This document shows, in pieces, positions 52,330 to 63,619 of a DNA stretch of 64,000 nt. Positions within the stretch are counted from its first letter, which is position 1. Each line of letters starts with the position of its first letter. This stretch comes from Octopus vulgaris (Eukaryota), in NCBI GenBank assembly GCA_951406725.2, contig OX597823.1:35650001-35714000 (forward strand), read 5' to 3'. Below the pieces are notes generated by a model. It worked only from the letters and a program-made list of their open reading frames with translations. It was not told the DNA's origin and made no database searches. The translations under genes were made by a program, and so were the position numbers.

Positions 52330-54050
52330 CTCGTAATTCCACATACTATGGCATAAACACAGAAGCAAAGGAGCTAGCTATCTGCCTTAAGATAAAGGAC
52401 TGTGTGGACTGTCTCGCCACGTGACTCCCCACCATATTACACTTAAGGATCATAAGCCAATTTCAATTCCAACGCCAAATACAGGCGTATCAACCTCTCC
52501 AAAAGCGAAATAGGTATCAGTAGCAAGTGTATTTTTGATACTTTCAACTCTGACATCAGAAGGGATACAGGGTTGACTCATGGAACTCCAGTGCAGCTGT
52601 GATAGACTGGTTCCGCGGTATCGAGAATAAATCAGCCTGAAAATTCAGCCAGTTCAACATTGTTGACTTCCACACTTCCATATCTAAGCCCCTCCTCCTG
52701 AAGGCCCTAGCTTTTGTTGGACAATTTACCATCATTAGTGATCTTGATATCCGAACCATCATGAATGCCAGAAAGTCGAATGTTCGGTTCACAACGATTC
52801 CTCCTAGGTGATCCATTGTTTCATGTCCCTTTGGAGAATTTTGACGGGGCTGAAATCGCCGACCTCGTCAGGTTATATATCTTGGATACCCTTCAAGAGA
52901 CGTACACATCCAAATAGGTCAACCCTCTATAGGGGTGATGGCCAGACTATCTCAAGCCATATGAATGGTCACATCATGGTTAACGTCAGGAAGAACTTGA
53001 TAAAAAATATTGAAAGATTTCGGCCTGTCCATAACGGTCACTACCAACCTGATTACGGTCGATTTCTTGGACATAATATTAGACCTGAACACGGGCAAAT
53101 ACTACCCCTACAGCAAGCCTAATGAAGAAACGGTATATATCCACAAGAGCTCAAACACATCCCCCACCACTGTAATTAGAAATCTATTTTCCGGCATTAA
53201 CAAATGGGTTTCTAAACTCTCAGCCATTATGGAGAACTTTAATAGGGCCGCCCCTCACTGCAATGATGTTTTCGCTAGGAGCAGATTTTCAGAGAAGCTC
53301 ACGTATGTGGACGAACCTCAAACTCGCTGTCCTCACCCCAAGAGAATTAAAAAAGGAAAATTATCTGGTATAAATCCCCCCATTTAACCTAGAAGTATCT
53401 GCCAACGTAGCCAGGGGCCTCCTGTCGTTAATAAAGAAACACTTCCTCAGAGGCCATAAGTATTACAAACTCTTCAGCCTCCATAATGTCGAGGTAAGCT
53501 ACTCCTGCTTAGACAACATTGCATCTAACACCGCACGCATCAACAGATGTAAAGATGTGGCCACACAACCCAACCCCAATCTGCAAGTGTCGGAACTTAC
53601 CACTTCCCTCAAGGAACATCCTGCCTCTAGGAGGATCCTGACTCTAGATGGATCCTGCTTCTCAAGGGCTTTAGTATACAGAGCCACACTTACACCATCC
53701 GATGGCATTACTAGGCACTATATGGACATGACAGTCAATAACATCAAGGGAAGATACTCCTAGAATTTGCATTCCTTTAGATCTATGGACAGAGAGAACT
53801 CCACTTCCCTGTCGCACTTTCTCTGGAGACTTCGTAACCTCTGAGATGAAATATCCAACATCCAATGGACTACTGTCGACAGGGCGCCACCATATTAACC
53901 CGGTGCCCCTAATTGCCAGCTGTGTCTCCGCGAAATAGAGCATATCGTTTACCAACCCGCAGTATCTATCGACAAGAAATATGAGGCATCGTACACCTTT
54001 CTGGTAAATTTCAAGTCATTGGTCACCGACAACCCGGATATATCTCCTTA
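52330..54050 (+). mobile_element. Decayed Penelope-like element (RT + GIY-YIG endonuclease)
   Basis: TLKDHKP, INLSKSEIG, FDGAEIADLV, LYRGDG, DFLDIILDLNTGKYYPYSKPN, then DGSCFSRALVYRA..HYM.MT.N.IKGRY, STSLS..LW.L, CQLCLRE. Confidence 0.9.
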
Positions 54051-54572
54051 GTACCAGCCATCCCTAGTACCGCCTGCACCAAGGTCACTGTAACAAATTA
54101 ACCCCCATGAATAACACCGAAGATCACAAATCCCTAACACTTATCAATTCCTGTCAACCAACATTCTCATCCCTTGTACATCACCCCTTGTGCATGACCA
54201 CACAGGCGTATGTGTGCGCGCACTTGTACGTGAGTGCGTATATGCATCTCTTCACCGTAGGCATGCGTATGGATGTGTGTGTGCAGGTGTACATGGGCGT
54301 GCGTACATGCCCTTATACACCCATGCGTGTGATTGTATGTATATGTGCGCACTTGTGTGTGCGCGCGTGCTAACGTCCAGTTGTAAACATTGACTCATTG
54401 ACTATCTTCAATCGAACTCTCATTCAGACCCTAATGGCTGAAGACTAGCCACACGCTTGAGTACAAAATGTCCGAATCAAACTGTTTTTATCTATACATG
54501 TAGCTCCCAATAAATGTGTTGAGCTTCCTTCTTTCGTTTGTCTACTCACTCGAATGTGTGTGTGTGTATTTG

Positions 54573-54630
<58 letters not shown>

Positions 54631-54680
54631 TATATATATATACGTACACATGTAAGTATATTATATATATATATATATAT

Positions 54681-55853
54681 TGTTACGGAATCACCCGTCG
54701 TCGCCCGTCCCGAACGGCTCACACAAGTTCCGCCACGGAACCCAAAGAGGCGGAGAGAGGAGATACAGATAGATACTGCCACAACCCCAACAGCACAGAG
54801 ATACAGAGGCACAACCCGAGATACAACCCAAAGAGGCAAGGCAACAACTGGCAACACTGGCTTATATTCAAACAACAGTTTATACGACAATTACAATTGT
54901 TACAACATCAAGATACATCAAAGCATGCACGTGACTACTCAATACATAATACAACAGCATTTCAAGAGTACAACTCAAAGCATAATACAACATCATGTAA
55001 CAATATATCAGTCCGGAGACACAACAAGTCATATACAGTATTTCAAAGGTACACATCACAGATAACGTCACATCAACAAGTCATTTACTCTTCAACTCAC
55101 AATGTTCTTTATCGACTACATCGACAGAGTCTCTGACTGTTCTTTTCACTGTTCAATACACCGTGACACATATCAATGCACAAACACATACCTCAATTCC
55201 TAACTGAATCTGCCAGTGTCCCATTCCTCTCAATACTGCTAATTCCTCTGAATACTGCTAATTCCCTTGAATACTGCTAATTCCCTTCTGTGCCGCCAAG
55301 CTTTCTCGCATCCAACTTGCTCCTAAGAATTCCAACGCTTGCTCCTTAAATCCAAGGTCCGTCTGTCTTCTTCGAGGACCGGCCAGCGACTGCCAGATCC
55401 GTCTGTGTTCTTCGACGACCGCTCAACGACTGCCCTTCTTGACGACCAACTGCGAACTACCAGACCTCACTTCGTCTCTGTCCTTCTTCCACTCCCCTCA
55501 TCTCCCTCTGTCTATATCGCTCTTACCCTCTCTAACTGCCCTGGTCCTTATATCCTATCTATATCGCCTGCTGTCTCTTAGCCTTTCTATTTGCTCTCTG
55601 ATCTTACTGCCTATCTCTATTTGCTCTCAGCCCTCACTCTATCGCTATCGCCTGCTGCCTATCACCCTCTCACGACAGCTCTCAGATCCTTTAATCTGTC
55701 TTCCTCTTCACTTCTTCAAGGGGTGCTTAGAATGACCTCCAATTCACCCGAATCTGACAGGACAATGGGTTTATCCTAATGTAGGTCACTGGGACATACT
55801 ACACTGGCTAACCCAGGTCACTGGGACATACTACACTAGCTAAGCCCGTAACA
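54681..55853 (-). repeat. 3' LTR (1173 bp)
   Basis: TGTTACGG...CCGTAACA inverted ends; by eye differs from the other LTR by one 3-bp indel and two substitutions. Confidence 0.97.
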
Positions 55854-55866
55854 CTACCCCCTACCT
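55854..55866 (-). other. Polypurine tract
   Basis: Minus strand AGGTAGGGGGTAG immediately before the 3' LTR; contains the ORF stop codon. Confidence 0.85.
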
Positions 55867-57819
55867 AAGCTTTTGTCGACCCGACAAAGCATAACAAACT
55901 CGCACCTCCGAGCAGCAGACTCTCCAGGGGCTGGGGGTCCCCTCGGGTGGTTTCTCCTCCGGGGGTCTCACCTCCCACGGCCACCACCTCAGCACCAGCC
56001 ACAGGTTGGCACCTTCCCTCTGCGGCTTGGGTAACACCTCCGCCAACGCCGCCAGGCTTCCTACTAGCCGCCCACAATAGGCGCACCGTCCGAGGAGGTT
56101 CCTCAAATCCCTCACACAGGAAGGGTCCGGCCAATCCTTCACAGTGGCCACCTTCCTCAGGGCTCTATAGCCCACGTAGCACCTTGCTGTACCATCTCCA
56201 TTCCGCGCAATTATCGCTGACGACCACGGACCATTCTGTCCTTTCACTGCTCCCTGTCGCCGATATCTCCTCTTGCGCTGCTGTACTGGGGCCTTCCTCC
56301 GGCCTCGCTGCTTCCTCAAGCGACGACCGCCTTGGTCGACTAAACGTTCTGCCAGGTCCGTGCGACCAGCATCCAACAACCTTCGCGACCAACGTCCTGC
56401 GCTTTTCACCAACACCCGAGTGCCAACCAAGCACCGGCGACTCCCTGCGGACCGCCTCCGCAACTGCACAGGTAGACCACCATCTCCGACTGCATCACTG
56501 TATTGGCAGAACTGGCCCTGCCGCTGGTCTACCGTCCGGCGCAGTTCCACGATTTTCCCTCTGCAAATCGCCTGCGCAGCCTTCAATAACTCGGCCGACT
56601 CAACCAGCGCTCTGTCAACTTCTGCCTCCACCAGGGTCCAGCCGACCCTCAATTGAGCTCCTATTCCGCACTGCATGTCGGGCTCCACCGGCCCCACGCA
56701 ACCATCGAATACAGAGCTCCCCCAAGTGCCAACAAAGCACCAGCGACTCCTTGCAGACCACTTCCTCAACTGCATCCGTGGGCCACCACCTCCTTCCACT
56801 GCGTTGCCGTATCGGCAGAACTGGCCCCACCACTGGTTCGCCATCTGGCACGATTCCTCGATTTGCCTTCTGCAAATCGCCTGTGCCACTTCCAAAAGAT
56901 CGGCCGACCCAGCCAGCGCTCCACCAGCTTCTGCTTCCACTAGGGTCCACCCGACCCTCAATCGAGCTTTCACTAGGCACTGCCTGTCGGGCTCCACCGG
57001 CCCCAAGCAACCATCAACCACAAAGCTCACCCAACGCTGAAGCAGTCTTCCTGGTCTCAGTGGACCCACCACCGTTCGCAGCCGTCTCGCCTCGTCAACG
57101 GGCCTGGTCCTTTTCCTCACCAGCTTCCGTACCGCAGGCTTCACAACACGCACGCTCGGCCGCCAGTCCATCCACGCCTGTGGCCTCTCCACAGTGGGAA
57201 CCATACAGTCCCTCTGGGCCCCAAGAGACAGGGGTCCAGACACCAAAGGACCCGCACACAGCATAGCACCTGCCGCGACCATCACACACAGAGCCGGAAC
57301 CTCGGACTCAGCGACATTCTCCCCAGACCTCGCCAGCTCTTCGTCCTGAGCTCCGAGAGACAGGGGTCGAGATGCCAAGGGCTCCAGACACGGAACAACA
57401 GCATCAGCCATAACACCTTTCACAGGCCTTTTGGTTACTTCAACCTCTACGGGTTCCAAATCACAAGATTTCTTGGGTACAGCGTCACAAATTTCGGCAA
57501 CCAGCCCAGGTTCCGCAAACACAGCCGGTCCAGCATCACAGATTTCGGCAACACTTCCTTCACTATCTGTTTCCCTTGATGCTTCGTTCGACGGGCAATC
57601 TCTGCCCACAGGACCGTCGCTATCCTCGGTCCAACACCGATCCTTCAAAGCTGACCCATCCGCAACCTCAAGCTCCCGCTGATCTGCCCACAGGCCCTGT
57701 CGCCTCCTGTCCATTCTCTCCACGAACGCGTCCGTCTGCGCCATCTGGCCCCTTAACATCTCCACAATCAGAGCAAGCGAAATCTCCTCGTCTCCGGTCT
57801 GACAACCAGACAAATCCAT
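55861..57819 (-). CDS. ~652-aa single ORF of the LTR element; novel N-terminal part plus vestiges of Gypsy pol, no catalytic RT/RNase H/integrase
   Basis: Uninterrupted from ATG 57819 to TAG 55861. DAGRTDLAERLVDQG..KQRGRR, GPWSS....GDGTARCYVGYRAL and VKDWPDPSCVRDLRNLLGRCAYCGRLV echo Gypsy DLGRT..H.IDTG..KQ.PRR, SPWSSP..KKDG..RFCVDYR.LN and WP.P....VRSFLGL..YYRRF. Confidence 0.75.
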   Translation of the reverse strand: MDLSGCQTGDEEISLALIVEMLRGQMAQTDAFVERMDRRRQGLWADQRELEVADGSALKDRCWTEDSDGPVGRDCPSNEASRETDSEGSVAEICDAGPAVFAEPGLVAEICDAVPKKSCDLEPVEVEVTKRPVKGVMADAVVPCLEPLASRPLSLGAQDEELARSGENVAESEVPALCVMVAAGAMLCAGPLVSGPLSLGAQRDCMVPTVERPQAWMDWRPSVRVVKPAVRKLVRKRTRPVDEARRLRTVVGPLRPGRLLQRWVSFVVDGCLGPVEPDRQCLVKARLRVGWTLVEAEAGGALAGSADLLEVAQAICRRQIEESCQMANQWWGQFCRYGNAVEGGGGPRMQLRKWSARSRWCFVGTWGSSVFDGCVGPVEPDMQCGIGAQLRVGWTLVEAEVDRALVESAELLKAAQAICRGKIVELRRTVDQRQGQFCQYSDAVGDGGLPVQLRRRSAGSRRCLVGTRVLVKSAGRWSRRLLDAGRTDLAERLVDQGGRRLRKQRGRRKAPVQQRKRRYRRQGAVKGQNGPWSSAIIARNGDGTARCYVGYRALRKVATVKDWPDPSCVRDLRNLLGRCAYCGRLVGSLAALAEVLPKPQREGANLWLVLRWWPWEVRPPEEKPPEGTPSPWRVCCSEVRVCYALSGRQKLR

Positions 57820-57856
57820 AGCGAAAAAGAACCGATCGAAACGCAGCAATCAGGAC

Positions 57857-57875
57857 AATCCCACTTCTGACACCA
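57857..57875 (-). other. Primer-binding site complementary to the tRNA-Leu 3' end
   Basis: TGGTGTCAGAAGTGGGATT, 2 nt downstream of the 5' LTR; complement of the metazoan tRNA-Leu(CAA) 3' end AAUCCCACUUCUGACACCA. Confidence 0.9.
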
Positions 57876-57877
57876 GT

Positions 57878-59053
57878 TGTTACGGAAGAATCACCCGTCG
57901 TCGCCCGTCCCGAACGGTTCACACAAGTTCCGCCACGGAACCCAAAGAGGCGGATAGAGGAGATACAGATAGATACTGCCACAACCCCAACAGCACAGAG
58001 ATACAGAGGCACAACCCGAGATACAACCCAAAGAGGCAAGGCAACAACTGGCAACACTGGCTTATATTCAAACAACAGTTTATACGACAATTACAATTGT
58101 TACAACATCAAGATACATCAAAGCATGCACGTGACTACTCAATACATAATACAACAGCATTTCAAGAGTACAACTCAAAGCATAATACAACATCATGTAA
58201 CAATATATCAGTCCGGAGACACAACAAGTCATATACAGTATTTCAAAGGTACACATCACAGATAACGTCACATCAACAAGTCATTTACTCTTCAACTCAC
58301 AATGTTCTTTATCGACTACATCGACAGAGTCTCTGACTGTTCTTTTCACTGTTCAATACACCGTGACACATATCAATGCACAAACACATACCTCAATTCC
58401 TAACTGAATCTGCCAGTGTCCCATTCCTCTCAATACTGCTAATTCCTCTGAATACTGCTAATTCCCTTGAATACTGCTAATTCCCTTCTGTGCCGCCAAG
58501 CTTTCTCGCATCCAACTTGCTCCTAAGAATTCCAACGCTTGCTCCTTAAATCCAAGGTCCGTCTGTCTTCTTCGAGGACCGGCCAGCGACTGCCAGATCC
58601 GTCTGTGTTCTTCGACGACCGCTCAACGACTGCCCTTCTTGACGACCAACTGCGAACTACCAGACCTCACTTCGTCTCTGTCCTTCTTCCACTCCCCTCA
58701 TCTCCCTCTGTCTATATCGCTCTTACCCTCTCTAACTGCCCTGGTCCTTATATCCTATCTATATCGCCTGCTGTCTCTTAGCCTTTCTATTTGCTCTCTG
58801 ATCTTACTGCCTATCTCTATTTGCTCTCAGCCCTCACTCTATCGCTATCGCCTGCTGCCTATCACCCTCTCACGACAGCTCTCAGATCCTTTAATCTGTC
58901 TTCCTCTTCACTTCTTCAAGGGGTGCTTAGAATGACCTCCAATTCACCCGAATCTGACAGGACAATGGGTTTATCCTAATGTAGGTCACTGGGACATACT
59001 ACACTGGCTAACCCAGGTCACTGGGACATACTACACTAGCTAAGCCCGTAACA
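57878..59053 (-). repeat. 5' LTR (1176 bp)
   Basis: Direct repeat of 54681-55853. Confidence 0.97.
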
Positions 59054-59054
59054 C

Positions 59055-59102
<48 letters not shown>

Positions 59103-59229
59103 ATTAATTAATAAGGGTGAGAGAATTAGATACTAATTTAATAGTATATTTATTCCACACCAAGTGGCCTAGTGCTACGAGAAACCTGGATTATTATAAT
59201 ATTTTATAACATATTATAATATTTTCACA

Positions 59230-59564
59230 AAATAAATATAAGAGAGTGGTCACTATATTGATCACTCTAGCACCAGTTAATCCAAAAGGTTTCAACCACG
59301 AAAATACATGTTTCCCATGAAAGCCAGTACGACTGTTAGCTCACACGGACAGGGCAAATAAAAAATAACAAAAATACAGATTATTTTGGGACAATAGCGA
59401 AACAATTGTCCCAAAATAATCTGTATTTTTGTTATTTTTTATTTGCCCTGTCCGTGTGAGCTAACAGTCGTACTGGCTTTCATGGGAAACATGTATTTTT
59501 CGTGGTTGAAACCTTTTGGATTAACTGGTGCTAGAGTGATCAATATAGTGACCACTCTCTTATA

Positions 59565-59571
<7 letters not shown>
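59230..59571. repeat. Near-perfect palindrome with ~165-bp arms and ~9-nt spacer, between (TA)n tracts
   Basis: Arms are reverse complements with a single-base indel; centre GGGACAAT-AGCGAAACA-ATTGTCCC. Confidence 0.96.
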
Positions 59572-59651
<80 letters not shown>

Positions 59652-59848
59652 TAAGTAATTAAGGGTTTAGCAACGATTTGCCTCACCACACACCGAATTT
59701 AGAAATAGCAGTCAAAGAGTTATAGCTATTCTTTCTACTAAAAGGGAGATCCGATATATAAGATACATATATAGGGTTGCGAATATTCATTTATAAGTAT
59801 CACCACCAGTGGCCTAACATGTATAAATAGTCAATAGACAGCATGTTC

Positions 59849-60022
59849 ATATTTTAAAATAGTGTACATTTAAACACAAAAGAAAATTAGCCTTTAACAG
59901 GTAATTTTTACATGCTAGAAGAAGCAGCTTTAGGCGTGTTTGGGTGCTTCTTCTAGCATGTAAAAATTACCTGTTAAAGGGTAATTTTCTTTTGTGCTTA
60001 AATGTACACTATTTTAAAATAT
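59849..60022. repeat. Hairpin with ~78-bp arms and 18-nt spacer, between (TA)n tracts
   Basis: ATATTTTAAAATAGTGTACA...CTAGAAGAAGCA / TGCTTCTTCTAG...TGTACACTATTTTAAAATAT with two mismatches. Confidence 0.95.
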
Positions 60023-60356
60023 ATATATATATATTGGCCTGCTCGCTTAGCCAGCGGGGTGGCGTCATTCGAAGGCTAAAACGATGCGAAGCGCATTGTG
60101 ACCAGCGATGTGTAGCAACATCTGATGGTCTGGTCGGTCACATGATCACGTGATATATGTATATATATAATTACATGTGTGCGTAAAAGGAGAAAATTGA
60201 TAGAAGAGTTTTCATCGGCTTTGAGAAATCAACTTATCTACTTGCTCATTCAATTTAAATATGAAAGTGGCTAACTATTCAAACAGACTCGGAATATTTA
60301 TTTATTTAATTATTTTTCCCTCTTCCCTTAATCCACATGGTATATTATACAGCAGA

Positions 60357-60770
60357 AGGCACCGAGCTGGCAGAAACGTAAGCACGCCGGGCGAAATGCT
60401 TAGCGGTATTTCGTCTGCCGCTACGTTCTGAGTTCAAATTCCGCCGAGGTCGACTTTGCCTTTCATCCTTTTGGGGTCGATGAAATAAGTACCAGTTACG
60501 CACTGGAGTCGATATAATCGACTTAATCCGTTTGTCTGTCCTTGTTTGTCCTCTCTGTGTTTAGCCCCTTGTGGGTAGTAAACAAATAGGTATTTCGTCT
60601 GTCTTTACGTTCTGAGTTCAAATTCTGCCTTGGTTGACTTTGCCTTTCATCCTTTCGGGGCCGATAAATTAAGTACTGGTTGCGTCCTGGGGTAGATGTA
60701 ATAGACTGGCCCCTTCCCCCAAAATTTCAGGCCTTGTACCTAGAGTAGAAAATATTATTATTATTATTAT
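60357..60770 (+). mobile_element. SINE family C with internal partial duplication and (ATT)n tail
   Basis: GGTATTTCGTCTG..TACGTTCTGAGTTCAAATTC..GACTTTGCCTTTCATCC present twice; tail CCTAGAGTAGAAAATATTATT. Confidence 0.88.
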
Positions 60771-61140
60771 TATCTTGTTTTTCTCATTGAGCACTGTTTT
60801 CAGTTTTAATTCAACTCGTCTATAGTATTCTTTTCTTATCTTACATTTGTGTGTGTTGTATCGTATCTGGTTCATTTATTCCTAAGTTCCTAATTATGTC
60901 TTCATTGATTCCTATGTTCCTAAGTATGTCTTCATTGATTCCTAAGTATGTCTGGCTTTGGTGTAATTCTCTTATTTCATTTGCTTTATTTAGTGTGACG
61001 TTGCTACTCTTAACTAGTCCTCCTCTTCTCAAGGTTGCTTTGGCACATTTTCCTAAGCCGAATTTCATGATTATTTCTTTGGTAAATCCATGTACAGTCT
61101 GTAGTAATGTTCCCGGTTGTTTGTCATTTGTAACGCAGTT
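60771..61140 (-). mobile_element. R4/Dong RT fragment
   Basis: MKFGLGKCAKATLRRG, YLGINE, KIRKEYYRRV.L.LKTVLNEKNKI. Confidence 0.82.
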
Positions 61141-61199
61141 CAGTGGGCATCCTCGAGATTTCTTGCTTTGGAAAATGCTTCCTGCTAGAATTTGACACG

Positions 61200-61250
<51 letters not shown>

Positions 61251-61326
61251 AAATAAACTTTTATTGCAGTTCCAATAATTGTCCAATTACTGTTTTTCTA
61301 TATCGTGTTCGTATATAATTAGATAC

Positions 61327-61377
<51 letters not shown>

Positions 61378-62389
61378 CGCGTGCGTGTGAGTGTGAGTAT
61401 GCGCGTGCGTGTAAGTATGCGCTTGCGTGCCTGTGTGTAGGTATGTATGTATATATGTTCATGTAGCAACACAATATTACAACTTCAGTATTTCAGATCA
61501 CCGAACTATTTTTATGTTTAATTATTATATTATGAAACTTGTTTCATACATGTCAACCGCCCATCGGCTCCCCACATCGCATTGCTTCAGATTTGTAAAT
61601 CCTCGTTAAACTATGCCAAACTTTATTCGATGTGAAACTAAACGGAATATAGCTCATAGCTACGAAGGAAACTACATCATGGTTTATACTCTTCTAGAAA
61701 AGTGATCGTGTGAAGGAACCCTGACAGGCTTCAACATGTTTACTACAGCATTACGGGAATATTTGCGCCTCACCCGCTAAGAATTTGCTGTTTATCCCAT
61801 ATTTCCTTACACTTCAAATACATGTTTGTTTATTTCAGCTCCAGGTTTCACATTCTGGTGGTGCATACGTAATATTAACTGCTGTCAAATTCACCAATTT
61901 AATTATCAACGCGAAGCTCTCCGCTACATAAACCTCGATGTTATGGCATGCTTTTATCTGATGAGTTTTCCTTACCAATAGTTCGATACCCGCATATTTC
62001 CTGCTGTATTTCATTCCACAGCAAGAATAGGAATTATTTAGCATATACATATGTATCTCTGTATATATGTATATATCTACATAAAATACACGCATACATA
62101 TACACATATAGTATACATACATACACACTTATATATTATGTATGTATGTATTTATATATGTCATTATTCAGTTTCATTTCAAGATTTCAATAGTGAAAGA
62201 GTCGGTTTCTAACCTAGATACAACGCTCCTTCATTGGAATTTCAACAACAGCAACAGGGTATTCTTGTATGTATGTATGAATTATGTATGTATGCATGCA
62301 TATATATGTGCAGATTTGTATGTTTCGCTTTATGTATGTATTTCCATACATATAGTTGCATGTCTTGACCTGCTCATATATGCTTAAAT

Positions 62390-62710
62390 GATAAACTTCT
62401 GGAAAGTTTTACAGAATCATACAGTTCCAGCGATTGGTTTAGATCTATAGCCTTTGAATCAGCTTTCTCCTTTCTGGTTTTGAGAAGCCTAATTTCTCAA
62501 AATTGATATTTAGGCAGTGTCTTACATATCTCAGTGTACCACTAATTACAGGAACAAACCTGGGCTTGTAATCTGGATAAAGTAACTGTAGATTCCTCAA
62601 TAGTTCAGCGTGGGTATTTTCTTTGCCTCTGATCTTTAGCATTATGTTAACGTATGTTGGACAGCTGATTTCCACAACTAGACACAGTTTCTCTTCTCTA
62701 TCCTGAATAT
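62390..62710 (-). mobile_element. R4/Dong-type endonuclease 3' fragment
   Basis: VVEISCP..VNI..K...KEN..AELLRNLQLLYPDYK..FVPVISG.L. Confidence 0.65.
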
Positions 62711-63142
62711 GTATGTATACGCACGATGACCGGCGTTTACCTCGATAAAAGATGTGCTCAAAGAAAAGCTGATCAAGACCCTACTTGCCAGTCTCTTCAA
62801 CGGCACCGTCCTCTCAGCAACCTAATCCACAAGTGAAAAATATACTACTACGAAGAGAAAAGATATTCAAAATGAGGTAAATTGCAAACGGTGTGGAGTG
62901 AACGACGAGAACGCTGAGTATCTAAAACAGAAGCAGAGAAGTTGTCGAGTGGTATCTAAGAGATTGGAAAAGGCCACTTGGAACGCCTCCACAAAGATGG
63001 GAAGTCGACGACTAATTAAACGACTTCATCTAAGACGGAAAAGAACACAATCGAGAAAGAATTGAATAGGAGCCGCAATGTGAGTAGCAGGTAATGACAA
63101 CATCGAATAGTCTGTTTAATACAGGTGATATATATATGTATG

Positions 63143-63189
<47 letters not shown>

Positions 63190-63619
63190 TTAGAGATAAA
63201 ACCACTATTAGGCAAATCAAACAGTGAAAAACATAAACCAAAGCATAGAAATAAAATTAATTAATATAATATACAAAGAATATATAAAATATAAAATTCA
63301 AAATTTAAATTATTTAAATTTAAAGTTAAAATTTTTTTTTTAATTTTTAATTATTAATTTATACTTATAAATTTTCATATATAAATATATATACATATAT
63401 ATTTTTTTATTATTTTTATTTTTTATTTTTTATTTTTTATATATATTTATTTATTTATTTATTTTTTAAAAAAATATAAAAAATAAAAATAAAATTAAAA
63501 ATATAAAATTAAAAATGAAAATAATAAATATATATATATATATATCCTTAAATCCTTAAAAATGTTTTAGCCCGAAGGCCGCGGCCATGCTGGGGTACCA
63601 CCGCTGAAATATATATATA

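Larger units (their letters stand above)
54681..59053 (-). mobile_element. Young non-autonomous Gypsy-derived LTR retrotransposon, 4373 bp, inserted in (TA)n
   Basis: Two near-identical LTRs, PBS, PPT and one ORF filling the 2024-bp interior. Confidence 0.97.

Noticed and set aside
54438-54475. CTGAAGA...AAAATGTC at the 3' end of the PLE
   Set aside because: The position suits a pLTR hammerhead, but GAAA is mutated and stems I and II cannot be paired convincingly.
55947-57266. 439-aa antisense ORF overlapping the LTR-element ORF
   Set aside because: Pro/Ser/Thr-rich, non-ATG start, and expected as a shadow of a GC-rich coding strand; no independent support.
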